Notes: a model not told the origin generated them from the sequence alone. A DNA stretch of 64,000 nucleotides from Bacteroidota bacterium (GCA_025963715.1 JAOQAG010000048.1:5553-69552); one strand, 5' to 3'. Positions 1-10,008 are shown, counted from the first letter of the stretch. A program made the numbers and translations.

Positions 1-1
1 T

Positions 2-1615
2 TATGAAGATCCGCAGCATAATTTGTGGTTTGCAACGGCATACGGACTCAATAAATTTAATCCGAAGACCGAACATTTTGATCATTATTTTGAAAAGGAT
101 GGATTACCCAACGATTATGTGTATTGTGTAATGCCTGATAAACAGGGCTGTTTGTGGATGACCACGAACAAAGGCATTTCAAAATTTAATCCGGCTGTTA
201 AAAATACAGACGGTTCGGCATTCCGCAATTACGATATCAACGATGGTTTGCAGGGAATGGAACACAACCAGGGCGCTTTTTTCTGCAGCAAGAGCGGCGA
301 AATGTTTGTGGGCGGTGTGAACGGCTTCAATACATTTATTCCTGAAAAAATAACCGACAATAAAAATGTTCCGCCGGTACGCATTACTTCTTATAAACGC
401 TTTGGGAAAGAAGTGGAGCTGGATACGCTGATCTTCAATAAAACACATTTAGAGCTTTCGTGGTGGCAGAATTTCTTTTCCTTTGATTTTGTGGCGCTGG
501 ATTACCAGATGCCGGGAAAAAATAAATATTCGTACAAGCTGGAAGGTGTGGATGAAGATTGGTCACCGGCCGGATCGCAGCGTTACGCCAGCTATACCGA
601 GCTGCATGGTGGTGATTATGTGTTTCGTGTGCGTGCCGCTAACAGCGATGGCATCTGGAATGATGAAGGTGTAACGCTTTATATTCGGATCAATCCGCCG
701 TTCTGGCAAACAAAATGGTTTTATGCTTTGTGTGTGATCCTTATTGTTGCGGCTTTCTGGGGCTTTTTAAAATACAGGACCTCTTCGATCAAGCGCGAAA
801 ATAAAGTACTGGAAGAAAAAGTGGAAGAGCGTACCCAGGAGCTGGCGCAGAAAAACAAAGACATTACCAGCAGCATCCAGTATGCAAAACGGATTCAGCT
901 GGCCATTCTTCCACCGCTGGAACAGATCTTCAAATATTTTCCGCAATCGTTTTTGCTGTATAAGCCCAAAGATATTGTCAGTGGCGACTTTTACTGGTTT
1001 GGGATCAAAGACGGAAAAAAAATAATAGCAGTGGTGGATTGTACCGGTCACGGTGTACCGGGTGCATTTATGAGCATGATCGGGCATAACCTGTTGAACC
1101 AGATCATCAGTGAAAACGGTATTACAGAACCGGATCAGATCCTGGATGCTTTACACAAAGGCGTGCAGTCGGCGCTGAAACAAGGCACCAGCGTGGTGGA
1201 TACGAGCGATGGAATGGATGTGGCGCTGTGTACGATCAATGCCGACAATACGGAATTGCAGTATGCGGGTGCTTTCAGGCCATTGTTTATCATTAACGGA
1301 AACAAATTCGATAAAATAGAAGCGGATAAGATCCCGATCGGCGGTTCACAAACAGATGCGCAACGGAAATACAATTGTCATGCGATCAAAATAAATAAAG
1401 GCGATACGTTTTACATGACTTCCGATGGTTATGCCGATCAGTTTGGCGGCGACAAAGGAAAAAAATTCATGGTGAAGCGTTTTAATGAATTACTGTTATC
1501 CATCCAGGAGCTGCCAATGGAAAAACAGGGTGCTGTGCTGGAAGATGCATTTGAAAAATGGAAAGGCGGTTATCAGCAGGTGGATGATATTTTGGTTATG
1601 GGCATTCGTTTTTAA
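2..1615 (+). CDS. Sensor protein, 5'-partial: two-component-regulator propeller / Y_Y_Y repeats, one TM helix, C-terminal PP2C (SpoIIE/RsbU-type) serine phosphatase
   Basis: Open frame runs from the window edge. 'NLWFATAYGLNKFNP'-type propeller repeats, then a TM segment (FYALCVILIVAAFWGF), then PP2C motifs 'SGDFYWF' and 'DCTGHGVPGAFMSM'. Confidence 0.75.
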   Translation, partial: YEDPQHNLWFATAYGLNKFNPKTEHFDHYFEKDGLPNDYVYCVMPDKQGCLWMTTNKGISKFNPAVKNTDGSAFRNYDINDGLQGMEHNQGAFFCSKSGEMFVGGVNGFNTFIPEKITDNKNVPPVRITSYKRFGKEVELDTLIFNKTHLELSWWQNFFSFDFVALDYQMPGKNKYSYKLEGVDEDWSPAGSQRYASYTELHGGDYVFRVRAANSDGIWNDEGVTLYIRINPPFWQTKWFYALCVILIVAAFWGFLKYRTSSIKRENKVLEEKVEERTQELAQKNKDITSSIQYAKRIQLAILPPLEQIFKYFPQSFLLYKPKDIVSGDFYWFGIKDGKKIIAVVDCTGHGVPGAFMSMIGHNLLNQIISENGITEPDQILDALHKGVQSALKQGTSVVDTSDGMDVALCTINADNTELQYAGAFRPLFIINGNKFDKIEADKIPIGGSQTDAQRKYNCHAIKINKGDTFYMTSDGYADQFGGDKGKKFMVKRFNELLLSIQELPMEKQGAVLEDAFEKWKGGYQQVDDILVMGIRF

Positions 1616-2009
1616 AAAGAATAGTTCAAAGTTCAAAAGTTTAAAGTTCAAAGTTAGCTGTGTACGTGTAGGCGCTAGGCTCTGCCTAGTGACATTTAGT
1701 TTGTCACTAGGCAGAGCCTAGCGCCTACGATCACTCAATTCAAAGTTAGCTGTGTTTGCTACAAAAGAAATCAATTAATAAATTTAAAGATTTCAACGCT
1801 CAACTGTATTGTGTTTTCAGGCTTCGCCTTATGTGTTTCTTTGTACCTTATGTGATAGAAATTTTCGTACACAGCTTGCATGTAGTTTCGTTATCTGTAT
1901 TTTTTATTATCTTTGTTTTTGGATAAACAGAATACTAAATCAGAATACTAAAATTCACAAACTCCTGGTTTGTGCGTCATACTCTTACAAAACTTTTAAA
2001 CCAAAACTC

Positions 2010-2834
2010 ATGAAACGTATTTTTCTAGCTTCAGCCATCCTTATCACGGTCATGTCTGTAACATTTACATCGTGTAAAAAAACAGAACCGGATACGGAAA
2101 CCCAATCTGCAACGGATAATGATATCTGTGAAACAGAATTTACAAAATCTATGACTACTGTGAACAGCTTCGCGATCAAAGAAAACGGGATCAAAAGCAT
2201 GATGGACAGACAAAACCTTCGTTCCGGCGGCGGACCAACAATTACCGTTGACCCTGCGGATACACTGGATGGTTTTCCGGTAACGATGACCATTGATTAC
2301 GGAACAACCGGCATTATGGACAGTATTGACGGTAAATTCCGTAAAGGACAGGTGATTTGTGTGTTTTACAACAGCTGGCACATTGTTGGGGCTTCTGTTA
2401 AGGTTAACCTTGTTAATTACTCTGTGAACGGGATTACCTATGCCTGCGACAGTATGAGGATCACGCACAGTTCAACCAACGGATTTACACATCAAACCTT
2501 TAAAGGAAAATGTATGAATTCGGAGTGGAACCTACAATGGGAAGCCTTGCGTACTTACACGCAAACGGCCGGTGCAGGCGACCTGAATCCATTGAATGAC
2601 GTATTCAGCCTTACAGGAAATGCAAGCGGCGTTAACCGCGAAGGAAAATCGTATACGGTAAACATTACACAGCCGATCGTGAAAAGAAACTCCTGCAGCT
2701 GGATCGAATCGGGCCGTATGGACTTAACACCAGAGGGGCTGGCAGTACGTACGGTTGATTTTGGTACAGGAAATTGCGACAATAAAGCAACGCTGACGAT
2801 CAATGGCAACGTATTTACGTTTTCGATGAATTAA
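2010..2834 (+). CDS. Hypothetical lipoprotein
   Basis: Internal ATG at 2010 gives 'MKRIFLASAILITVMSVTFTSCKK', a signal peptide plus lipobox. The upstream part of the ORF lies in repeat sequence. Confidence 0.55.
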   Translation: MKRIFLASAILITVMSVTFTSCKKTEPDTETQSATDNDICETEFTKSMTTVNSFAIKENGIKSMMDRQNLRSGGGPTITVDPADTLDGFPVTMTIDYGTTGIMDSIDGKFRKGQVICVFYNSWHIVGASVKVNLVNYSVNGITYACDSMRITHSSTNGFTHQTFKGKCMNSEWNLQWEALRTYTQTAGAGDLNPLNDVFSLTGNASGVNREGKSYTVNITQPIVKRNSCSWIESGRMDLTPEGLAVRTVDFGTGNCDNKATLTINGNVFTFSMN

Positions 2835-2986
2835 TAGCGCTGAAACCGATTGTTTATCAGCGTTTTCCGGTGAAAAAGAATAAGTTTAAGAAAAATGCAA
2901 AATTCGCTTGTTTAATAAAACTTATTTCTATATTTGCTTAATTAATAATCAGAATAGTGAGCTTAATCGAATAAATTAGCGTTTTT

Positions 2987-3532
2987 ATGATGTTAGATAT
3001 TTACGATTTTTACGATAAAATGGAGCGTAATAATATTATGCTTTCTTTTAAGGGCGACATTACTTCTGAATTATTAACATCCATCCTGCAAATCATGGAA
3101 TCCAAACTGGATAATCTGCAGGAAGAGCCAAAGATCAAAAAGAAGGTTTATAATGTGTTGGTAGAGTGCCTGCAGAATTTATATCACCACATGGATGAGG
3201 TGGCGCCGGAACAAAATGACAAGATCCGCTCAGCGATCTTTATGATCGGAAAACTGGATAATCAATACAACATTATTACAGGAAATTATATCAAGAACGA
3301 AAACGTGGCTGGTTTGAAAAAACGCCTGGAAGATATAAACCTGCTTACAAAAGAAGAATTAAAGGAATATTACAAAGCAGTATTGAATAACGGCGAAATG
3401 TCGCTGAAAGGTGGCGGCGGATTAGGGATGATCGATATTGCACGTAAGACCGGTGAAAAATTAAATTTTAACTTTGCACCCGTAGACAATACATTTTCAT
3501 TTTTTACATTAAATATTAAAATTTCACAATAA
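2987..3532 (+). CDS. SiaB-like partner-switching kinase-like protein (DUF6272/GHKL-like)
   Basis: 181 aa with a glycine-rich 'GGGGLGMIDIARK' ATP-lid-like motif. It sits 15 bp upstream of a DUF1987 gene, matching SiaB-SiaC arrangements. Confidence 0.5.
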   Translation: MMLDIYDFYDKMERNNIMLSFKGDITSELLTSILQIMESKLDNLQEEPKIKKKVYNVLVECLQNLYHHMDEVAPEQNDKIRSAIFMIGKLDNQYNIITGNYIKNENVAGLKKRLEDINLLTKEELKEYYKAVLNNGEMSLKGGGGLGMIDIARKTGEKLNFNFAPVDNTFSFFTLNIKISQ

Positions 3533-3547
3533 AAAAATAAGCGTAGT

Positions 3548-3928
3548 ATGGAAACAATTTCAATTGAAGGAACACCAAAAACCCCGACCATTACTTTTAA
3601 CACAGGTAGTGGATTTTTAGAGATCAAAGGACGTTCAATACCTGAAAACTCAATTGAGTTTTATAAACCGTTGGTGGATTGGCTGGAAAAATATGCTGCA
3701 AAGCCTCAACCGACTACCAATGTAAATATTCAGTTAGAATATTTTAACACCAGCTCTTCTAAATGTATCCTGGATGTATTCAAAAAACTGGAAGCGATCA
3801 ACAAAGGCGGAAGCAAAGTAACCATTAACTGGCATTACGAAGAAGATGATGAAGATATGTTGGAAGCCGGAGAAGATTACCAGGCGATCATCAACGTACC
3901 TTTTAAAATGGTACAGGTAGAAGAATAA
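3548..3928 (+). CDS. DUF1987 (SiaC-like) protein
   Basis: 126 aa, 'ISIEGTPKTPTITFNTGSGFLEIKGRSIPENS...LEYFNTSSSKCI', an acidic C-terminus, and the size and architecture typical of SiaC/DUF1987. Confidence 0.6.
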   Translation: METISIEGTPKTPTITFNTGSGFLEIKGRSIPENSIEFYKPLVDWLEKYAAKPQPTTNVNIQLEYFNTSSSKCILDVFKKLEAINKGGSKVTINWHYEEDDEDMLEAGEDYQAIINVPFKMVQVEE

Positions 3929-3954
3929 GATCAGAAGCTTATTATCATATAAAA

Positions 3955-3986
3955 AAGAACGCATTCGTGAGAATGCGTTTTTTTGT
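3955..3986 (+). terminator. Rho-independent terminator
   Basis: Stem 'gaacgcattc gtga gaatgcgtt' followed by a T7 run, immediately after the DUF1987 stop. Confidence 0.7.
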
Positions 3987-4065
3987 TTAAGATTTTCCCC
4001 GTTCTGATAATTGTCTGAACCTATTTATATGGTAGGCAGATGATATTGATAAAGAGATTTTTTAG

Positions 4066-4183
4066 CCACAGATTCACAGATGAAAAAAACAATAAAAGAA
4101 TTTTCACAGATCATTTCAAATCGCTTTGCGATTTATGCATCTGTGAAATTTTAATCCAAATAAAAAATCTGTGAATCTGTGGC
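4066..4183. repeat. MITE-like element (~118 bp) with 16-bp terminal inverted repeats 'ccacagattcacagat'
   Basis: Left end 'gccacagattcacaga', right end 'tctgtgaatctgtggc'. The interior is the reverse complement of the second copy at 14101-14216. Confidence 0.8.
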
Positions 4184-4338
4184 AAAGATTTTGTTTTCTT
4201 TTGTTCCTTTTGTGGTTCAAATTACACGTTGGTATTCACAGTTTGCCTTATGTGTTTCTTTGTACCTTATGTGGTGAAAAAAACCTGCTGCTAAAAAATA
4301 AAAGAGTTTGATACAAACTTTCCGATAGTCATTTGATA

Positions 4339-4380
4339 AAAAAAAGAGTGCCTTCCGACACTCTTTTTTATTTTATAAAA
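4339..4380. terminator. Bidirectional terminator
   Basis: A-run, hairpin 'agagtg ccttccga cactct', then T-run. It lies downstream of the minus-strand ABC gene. Confidence 0.65.
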
Positions 4381-4388
4381 CGTTTTAT

Positions 4389-7300
4389 TTAATTCGCTTT
4401 TTTCCTTCTTCTGCCAAACAATCCGAAGATCCGTTCCAGCAGATTGATGAATTTTTTCAGTACATCAAAATACAATGTAATTGCCAGTAACAGCGACATT
4501 CCCCAGATCACCGAAATGTTTACCCAGAACGTGTCGTAATACGTGCCGAAGATCTTTTTACGCGGTGCAAAGAAATGCGCCCTGCCTAAATCCGAACTGG
4601 TAGGATCCTGGTATACCGGCTCAATTTTCTGAACATATTCGCCATTCAGGTCAAGAATGCGGTAAGGTGTGGTACGGTTAGTCACCAAATCGTGCAAACT
4701 TTCATTTTCGTAATCATCTTTGTCTTTCAAATATTGCTTGCGCGATACGCTGTCTTTTGTGAGATCGCTTACCTGTTTGTCTTTTTGTTCCGTTGCATTT
4801 TTAAAATTACGCAGGTAATTTTGTTTCAGGTTATCCAAACAAGTACGAACTTCATTGGCAACTGTCGGGCTGAAACGATCTACAGTAAGATCGGACATAC
4901 CGGTACAAATAATTTTGCCATTGCTTTTTACTTTCAATTCTTTTTCCAGTTCATTTTTGATCATCGTCAATGCTGCTGAAACTTCGGCACGGCTTTCCGG
5001 CTTTTTGTAATTGGCTTCGGCGCCTTCCAGTTTTTTGTACATTTCCGTCAGCCAGTAATCTTTTTTATACGTGGCAATGCTGATGGCTTTATCGAATTTG
5101 TATAAGTCCCTATTGAATTTATTATCCTTGAATTGTTTCACTGCCAATGCTTCAAACGCCCAGCGGGATGTCATGATCTCGCCGGAGAACGGAACATAGC
5201 TTTGTGATGTAATAGCAGGATTTAACTTATCGAATTTCACGATCACGCCGCTTAATAATAATTGCGGAATGATCAGAAATGGAATTAAAATGTAAATGGT
5301 TACTGCCGAGTTAAAGCTCGCCGAAATATTTAATCCCAGCATGTTTGCAAAGCAGGAAGTGGTAAACAGCACCAGCCAGTAGGATAAATTCATTCCGTGA
5401 ATTTCCAGCACGTAATTTCCAACGATGATGAACATAAATGTTTGGATTGCCGACAATACAAACATGATGATGATCTTGCTCCACAAATAACTTCCTTTAC
5501 TCAGGTTCAGGAACGACTCGCGTTTTTGAATTTTACGATCGCGGATAATTTCCTCGGCACTCACGGTAAGCCCGATGAACAAGGCAACTACAACGGACAT
5601 AAATAGATACGCCGGTAAATTTTCGTTTTCACGGAAAATGTATCCTACTTTATTGGAAAGGTCGGTGTTGTAAAATTTAATTAAGTACGACAGGATAAAA
5701 GCCAGCACCGGCGCTTCCAGCAGGTTGATGGATAAATATTGTTTGTTTGTTAATTTGGATAATACATCGCGTGTGATGAATACTTTGAACTGGTTAAATT
5801 TATTCGGGCGCTTGAACGTACTTTCCGGGATCTCGGTATAGTTGTCGGTCTCCTCGATTTTTTTCTCGATCTTATCTTTGTAAAAATTATTCCATTCGGA
5901 TGGAGACGTTTTTCTGTTCAGCGTTAAGTTCCCGTACTCATCCAGTACTTTCGATTCGATGATGTTGAATACCTGCTCCGGATTTACGTTACCGCACTCG
6001 ATACATTCGCTTTCGTTACTGTTGGCATGATTTACCACGGTTTTAAAATAGATCACCGAATCCACCGGGTTTCCGTAATAGATCGGGAAACCGCCCACAT
6101 CAAGGATCATCAGCTTATCAAACATTTTAAAAATGTCGGACGACGGCTGATGGATCACTACAAATACCAGCTTGCCTTTTAACGCAAGCTCTTTGAGCAA
6201 GTCCATGATGTTCTCCGAATCGCGGGAAGATAAACCGGAAGTTGGCTCATCCACAAACAAAACAGATGGTTCGCGGATCAGCTCCAATGCAATGTTCAGG
6301 CGTTTACGCTGTCCGCCGGAGATCGTTTTTTCCAGCGGGCTTCCTACTTTCAGGTCACGTGTCTCGATCAGGCCAATATCGGTAAGCACTTTCACCACCA
6401 TGTCGGAAATTTCTTTATCGCCTTTATTGCCGAAGCATAATTTTGCGTTGTAGAATAAATTCTGAAAAACGGTTAATTCCTCGATCAGCAAATCGTCCTG
6501 GGAAACCATCCCGATCACGCCTTCGATCTTATTTTTTTCCGTATGGATATTGATACCGTTAATTTTTACGGAACCGTTGCTTGGAACTTCGTTGCTGTTC
6601 AAAACGTTCAGCAAGGTGGATTTACCGGCACCGGAGCCGCCCATGATCCCGATCAGCTTGCCGGAATCTTCACTGAAATTAATATCGCGCAAGCCAAGCT
6701 TACCACCTTTGAATTTGTATTCGAGGTTTTGCACCACAAAGGATACTTTCGCTTTGGAAGTATCGCTCATGAACGTGCTGAGGATATCGCTGTAATAAAC
6801 CGGTTTTACTTTGGAGCTGCGCAGCGATGATCCCGGTGTGAGGATGTATACTTTACGCGGAATTAAAATTTGTCCGTTCAGCAACAGTTCGCTCTTACCA
6901 AAATAAAGCATGGCGTACATGTTCACGCTGTGGATCCAGAGCACGCGTGCCTGGCCGGTTACGCCTTCGGCATATAAATGTTTTGTTTCTTTAAAATCGT
7001 GTGTTGTTTTATTGTCGATCACCAGTACATTCGGTGAATCGGGGATGCTGGCTTCATTTGCCTGGATAAAGCTCATGCAGCGTTTGTACTCTGCATCTTC
7101 GATGTTAAATGTTTCGGCAACTGTAGTTACAAATTCCAATTCCTGTTCAGAAATTTCCGTATTGGAATTGATAAATTCAATTAAGCGGATGAGTACAACC
7201 ACTTTCTGAACCTGGGTAAGCTCGCTGTTGATCTGGGTACAGATCTTTAAAATTTTAACGGAATTGAGTGAGGTACGTTTGGCGGTACCGTCTTTCTTTT

Positions 7301-7484
7301 TGGTAAGCTGGTGATGTGCTTCCAGGAAATCATCAAAGATCGCGAGGTACTGATCTACTAATTCCTGGTTTAATTGCTGTTTTAAGAATGATTGTACGAT
7401 TAGCCTGCCGTTGTCATTAATTCCGTCGACCCGTGCAATGATCGCAAACATCTGCATCAGGGCTTTTAATATACGTTCACTCAT
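4389..7484 (-). CDS. Multidomain ABC half-transporter: TerB-like N-terminal domain, ABC ATPase, ABC-2 membrane domain, C-terminal extension with an extra TM helix
   Basis: Walker A 'GGSGAGKST', signature 'LSGGQRKRL', Walker B 'VLFVDEPTSG', then about 6 TM helices, in a 1031-aa protein. Confidence 0.8.
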   Translation of the reverse strand: MSERILKALMQMFAIIARVDGINDNGRLIVQSFLKQQLNQELVDQYLAIFDDFLEAHHQLTKKKDGTAKRTSLNSVKILKICTQINSELTQVQKVVVLIRLIEFINSNTEISEQELEFVTTVAETFNIEDAEYKRCMSFIQANEASIPDSPNVLVIDNKTTHDFKETKHLYAEGVTGQARVLWIHSVNMYAMLYFGKSELLLNGQILIPRKVYILTPGSSLRSSKVKPVYYSDILSTFMSDTSKAKVSFVVQNLEYKFKGGKLGLRDINFSEDSGKLIGIMGGSGAGKSTLLNVLNSNEVPSNGSVKINGINIHTEKNKIEGVIGMVSQDDLLIEELTVFQNLFYNAKLCFGNKGDKEISDMVVKVLTDIGLIETRDLKVGSPLEKTISGGQRKRLNIALELIREPSVLFVDEPTSGLSSRDSENIMDLLKELALKGKLVFVVIHQPSSDIFKMFDKLMILDVGGFPIYYGNPVDSVIYFKTVVNHANSNESECIECGNVNPEQVFNIIESKVLDEYGNLTLNRKTSPSEWNNFYKDKIEKKIEETDNYTEIPESTFKRPNKFNQFKVFITRDVLSKLTNKQYLSINLLEAPVLAFILSYLIKFYNTDLSNKVGYIFRENENLPAYLFMSVVVALFIGLTVSAEEIIRDRKIQKRESFLNLSKGSYLWSKIIIMFVLSAIQTFMFIIVGNYVLEIHGMNLSYWLVLFTTSCFANMLGLNISASFNSAVTIYILIPFLIIPQLLLSGVIVKFDKLNPAITSQSYVPFSGEIMTSRWAFEALAVKQFKDNKFNRDLYKFDKAISIATYKKDYWLTEMYKKLEGAEANYKKPESRAEVSAALTMIKNELEKELKVKSNGKIICTGMSDLTVDRFSPTVANEVRTCLDNLKQNYLRNFKNATEQKDKQVSDLTKDSVSRKQYLKDKDDYENESLHDLVTNRTTPYRILDLNGEYVQKIEPVYQDPTSSDLGRAHFFAPRKKIFGTYYDTFWVNISVIWGMSLLLAITLYFDVLKKFINLLERIFGLFGRRRKKAN

Positions 7485-7580
7485 TTGGTTTGGAGATAAT
7501 GTTTAATGCGTGGTTATTTGAAAAAAAAAGACATTAATACCGCAGTAATTAATGCCTTTCAAGCGTTTTGCAATGAATTG

Positions 7581-8015
7581 TTATTTTTGCTGTTTGAAGC
7601 CGATTAATACTACTGCACGGCCGGAACCCTGCGCTGCACCATCTAATTTAGCTTCAATGATACAATCCAATGTGTTTACAATTTTAAAATCCCAGTACGG
7701 TGCATTTTTATAATCACGGTTACTGAATAATAAATTATGTTCTGAATCGTACACGGAAAACACCAGGTTACCATCTGTTAAACCGCTGCAGGCAGCAATG
7801 CGGTATAATGTTCCACCGTAAAGTGTGGTGTGAAATTCTGCCGTTTCATCTGCATTCATCAAGAGTGCACGGTATTGCTGTCCATCGGAAATAAACTGGT
7901 TTTCCAAATGTTTCGCACAGGAGTTGGCAACTGTGTCACTAATTTGAGCAGTAGAAGCATTTGCAATGATAAGTCCACAAATGATAATGCCCAATTTTAA
8001 AAATCCCTTTTTCAT
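7581..8015 (-). CDS. Hypothetical secreted protein
   Basis: N-terminal signal peptide 'MKKGFLKLGIIICGLIIANA'. Confidence 0.5.
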   Translation of the reverse strand: MKKGFLKLGIIICGLIIANASTAQISDTVANSCAKHLENQFISDGQQYRALLMNADETAEFHTTLYGGTLYRIAACSGLTDGNLVFSVYDSEHNLLFSNRDYKNAPYWDFKIVNTLDCIIEAKLDGAAQGSGRAVVLIGFKQQK

Positions 8016-8077
8016 ATTCTATTCTATGTTTTGATAAACGTTGTGTACTGGTTAAAATCTGTCAGGATAAATGCGGT

Positions 8078-8974
8078 TTATCCAACTACCTGGCTTCTGA
8101 TGGATTTGATTTTTAATGTGATCGATTCGATTTGTTCCGGTGTGATCTTTACTTCTGTTTTGCTGTTGATGGTTGTTACTTTTTTATCAGCATCAGTTGT
8201 TGGTTTTTCATATTTGTATTGAAATTCAACGCCGTCAAAAACGGTAGAAAGATCATTCAGATTATCAATAAACTCGGTATACTCAGGCTGACTGTAGTAT
8301 GGAGTTAATAATTTGATAAGACTTTGCAGCGATGATTTTTGTTCTGCAATGCGGTGTTTTACATCTTCGTTCGGTTTTGTTTTGTACACATTGGTAGCAA
8401 AATACAATGTTTCGATCCATCCGCCTGCCAATACCAATCCGCTGACATCGCTGCGGTCGTTGTTTTTCAGGTAAGCATCGCTGGAGCGGTAAGCTGTACC
8501 AACAAGGCCAAGCATGGAATCTTTGGTACCTAAGTTCTTTTGAAAACGTTCTAATAATTTTGTGTCGAATGCGCCGGAAACTCCTAATTCGTCTGCTAAT
8601 TTTTTAGCAGAGTTCAGATAACCGATCGCGTCCTGCGTTTGATCGTAAATAGTTACGTAACCTAAGTCTGCACCATAAATCCCAAGGTTTAACGCTTTGG
8701 AAAAATTAGTGGAATATTGTGAAGATTTACTGGCTGCGTTCAAAATATCTTTGCTGTACGGAGCGCCGCTATTTTTGATCAGGAATGCAGTCTGGATCGG
8801 TGACGGAATACTGAAAATCTCACCATTAACATTTAAAATTGTAGTCTGAGTGCTGTCTACAGGAGCAATTTCGTCCGGATCTTTTGTGGTTCCATTTCCA
8901 CAGCCTGAACTTAAAATGGCAGATGCGGATAATAATAATGCTGCTGCTTTTAACGTATTCGTTTTCAATCTCAT
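8078..8974 (-). CDS. Hypothetical lipoprotein
   Basis: Signal peptide plus lipobox 'LSSGCGNG'. Confidence 0.55.
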   Translation of the reverse strand: MRLKTNTLKAAALLLSASAILSSGCGNGTTKDPDEIAPVDSTQTTILNVNGEIFSIPSPIQTAFLIKNSGAPYSKDILNAASKSSQYSTNFSKALNLGIYGADLGYVTIYDQTQDAIGYLNSAKKLADELGVSGAFDTKLLERFQKNLGTKDSMLGLVGTAYRSSDAYLKNNDRSDVSGLVLAGGWIETLYFATNVYKTKPNEDVKHRIAEQKSSLQSLIKLLTPYYSQPEYTEFIDNLNDLSTVFDGVEFQYKYEKPTTDADKKVTTINSKTEVKITPEQIESITLKIKSIRSQVVG

Positions 8975-9405
8975 TTCAACGTATGTTTTAAAGATGGTTT
9001 TGGTATATAAATGTTTTACTCGAAAATTTTCTAATGAAAGTCCAAAAATAACACTTTATCTAATAAAAATAACAATTCATCTCAAGAATTTTGAAGAAAA
9101 GCTGTTTTTAAATGAAGTGGTGTGAAAGTGACTGATAATGAATGCGTTTGATGCCCGTTAACAGCGCCTGAAAACGGAAAAAGCGGTTTATTTTTTCTGC
9201 GCAAAGCAAATCTGCTATCTGCACACCATTTTCTTTCCATACCAACGTTTGCTATCTACCCCTTCCAGGGGCAAAAAAGCCCTGAAAGGGATTTGTTTTT
9301 TTAACGCTTCAAGTATGGCATCAAAGTATCCGAAGATTTTTTTCTGCGATTGGCAAATTTGCACATCAGAAATCAGAAATCTGCAATCAATTTCGCGAAA
9401 GCGGA

Positions 9406-10008
9406 CTACTCGCGGTAAAAAAGTGTATGCGTTTGGCGGTCCTCAAAACCAAGAATGCCGTATTGCTTGTTGTAGTAGCTTTTCCAGACCATCAGGCCCG
9501 GTGAGGTAAGCGTATCCTGTTGCCCGGCATACACATCCGAGTAAGTAGTGCCGCCAAGTGTGAGGGAGCTGTAAACCTGCGCGGTCATGTACTGGTTGGG
9601 TACGATGGTGTTTGTTCCGTTGATGCTAAACGAACCAAAGCCGTCGAGGATCACATAGTAGATCCCTTCGTTGGGGCCGCCATCGGTATTACCGGTAGAT
9701 ATACTGAGCTGGAATTTATGATTGCGGGAAGAGTCGCTGTTGGCCGTAGCACCAGCATTGGCATAGCAGGGTTTGCAGTAATAGCTGTTGCCCGATTCCT
9801 TTTCACAGTCTTCGCTATAGGATGCCGACTGGCCTTTTATATTCACAACAAAAGAGATCTTCGTGTTATTGGCATTGGTAAAACGGATGGTATCGTTGTT
9901 ATTGTAAACCATCCAGGAAAGATCCCTTAATGCCGGACAATCCTTGGTATGTGAGCCGCAGGAAGCAAAAATGGTAATGAGGGCAAATGCGTACAGTAGA
10001 TATTTCAT
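9406..10008 (-). CDS. Hypothetical Cys-rich lipoprotein (paralog A)
   Basis: 'IFASCGSH' lipobox and a conserved C-terminus '...YYNKQYGILGFEDRQTHTLFYRE' shared with the next gene. Confidence 0.6.
   Translation of the reverse strand: MKYLLYAFALITIFASCGSHTKDCPALRDLSWMVYNNNDTIRFTNANNTKISFVVNIKGQSASYSEDCEKESGNSYYCKPCYANAGATANSDSSRNHKFQLSISTGNTDGGPNEGIYYVILDGFGSFSINGTNTIVPNQYMTAQVYSSLTLGGTTYSDVYAGQQDTLTSPGLMVWKSYYNKQYGILGFEDRQTHTLFYRE

Noticed and set aside
9126-9405. 400-bp gene-free gap as a possible ncRNA or riboswitch
   Set aside because: No recognisable conserved riboswitch or tRNA motif, only weak short hairpins. No T-loop-like GGTTCGAATCC motif was found anywhere in the window.
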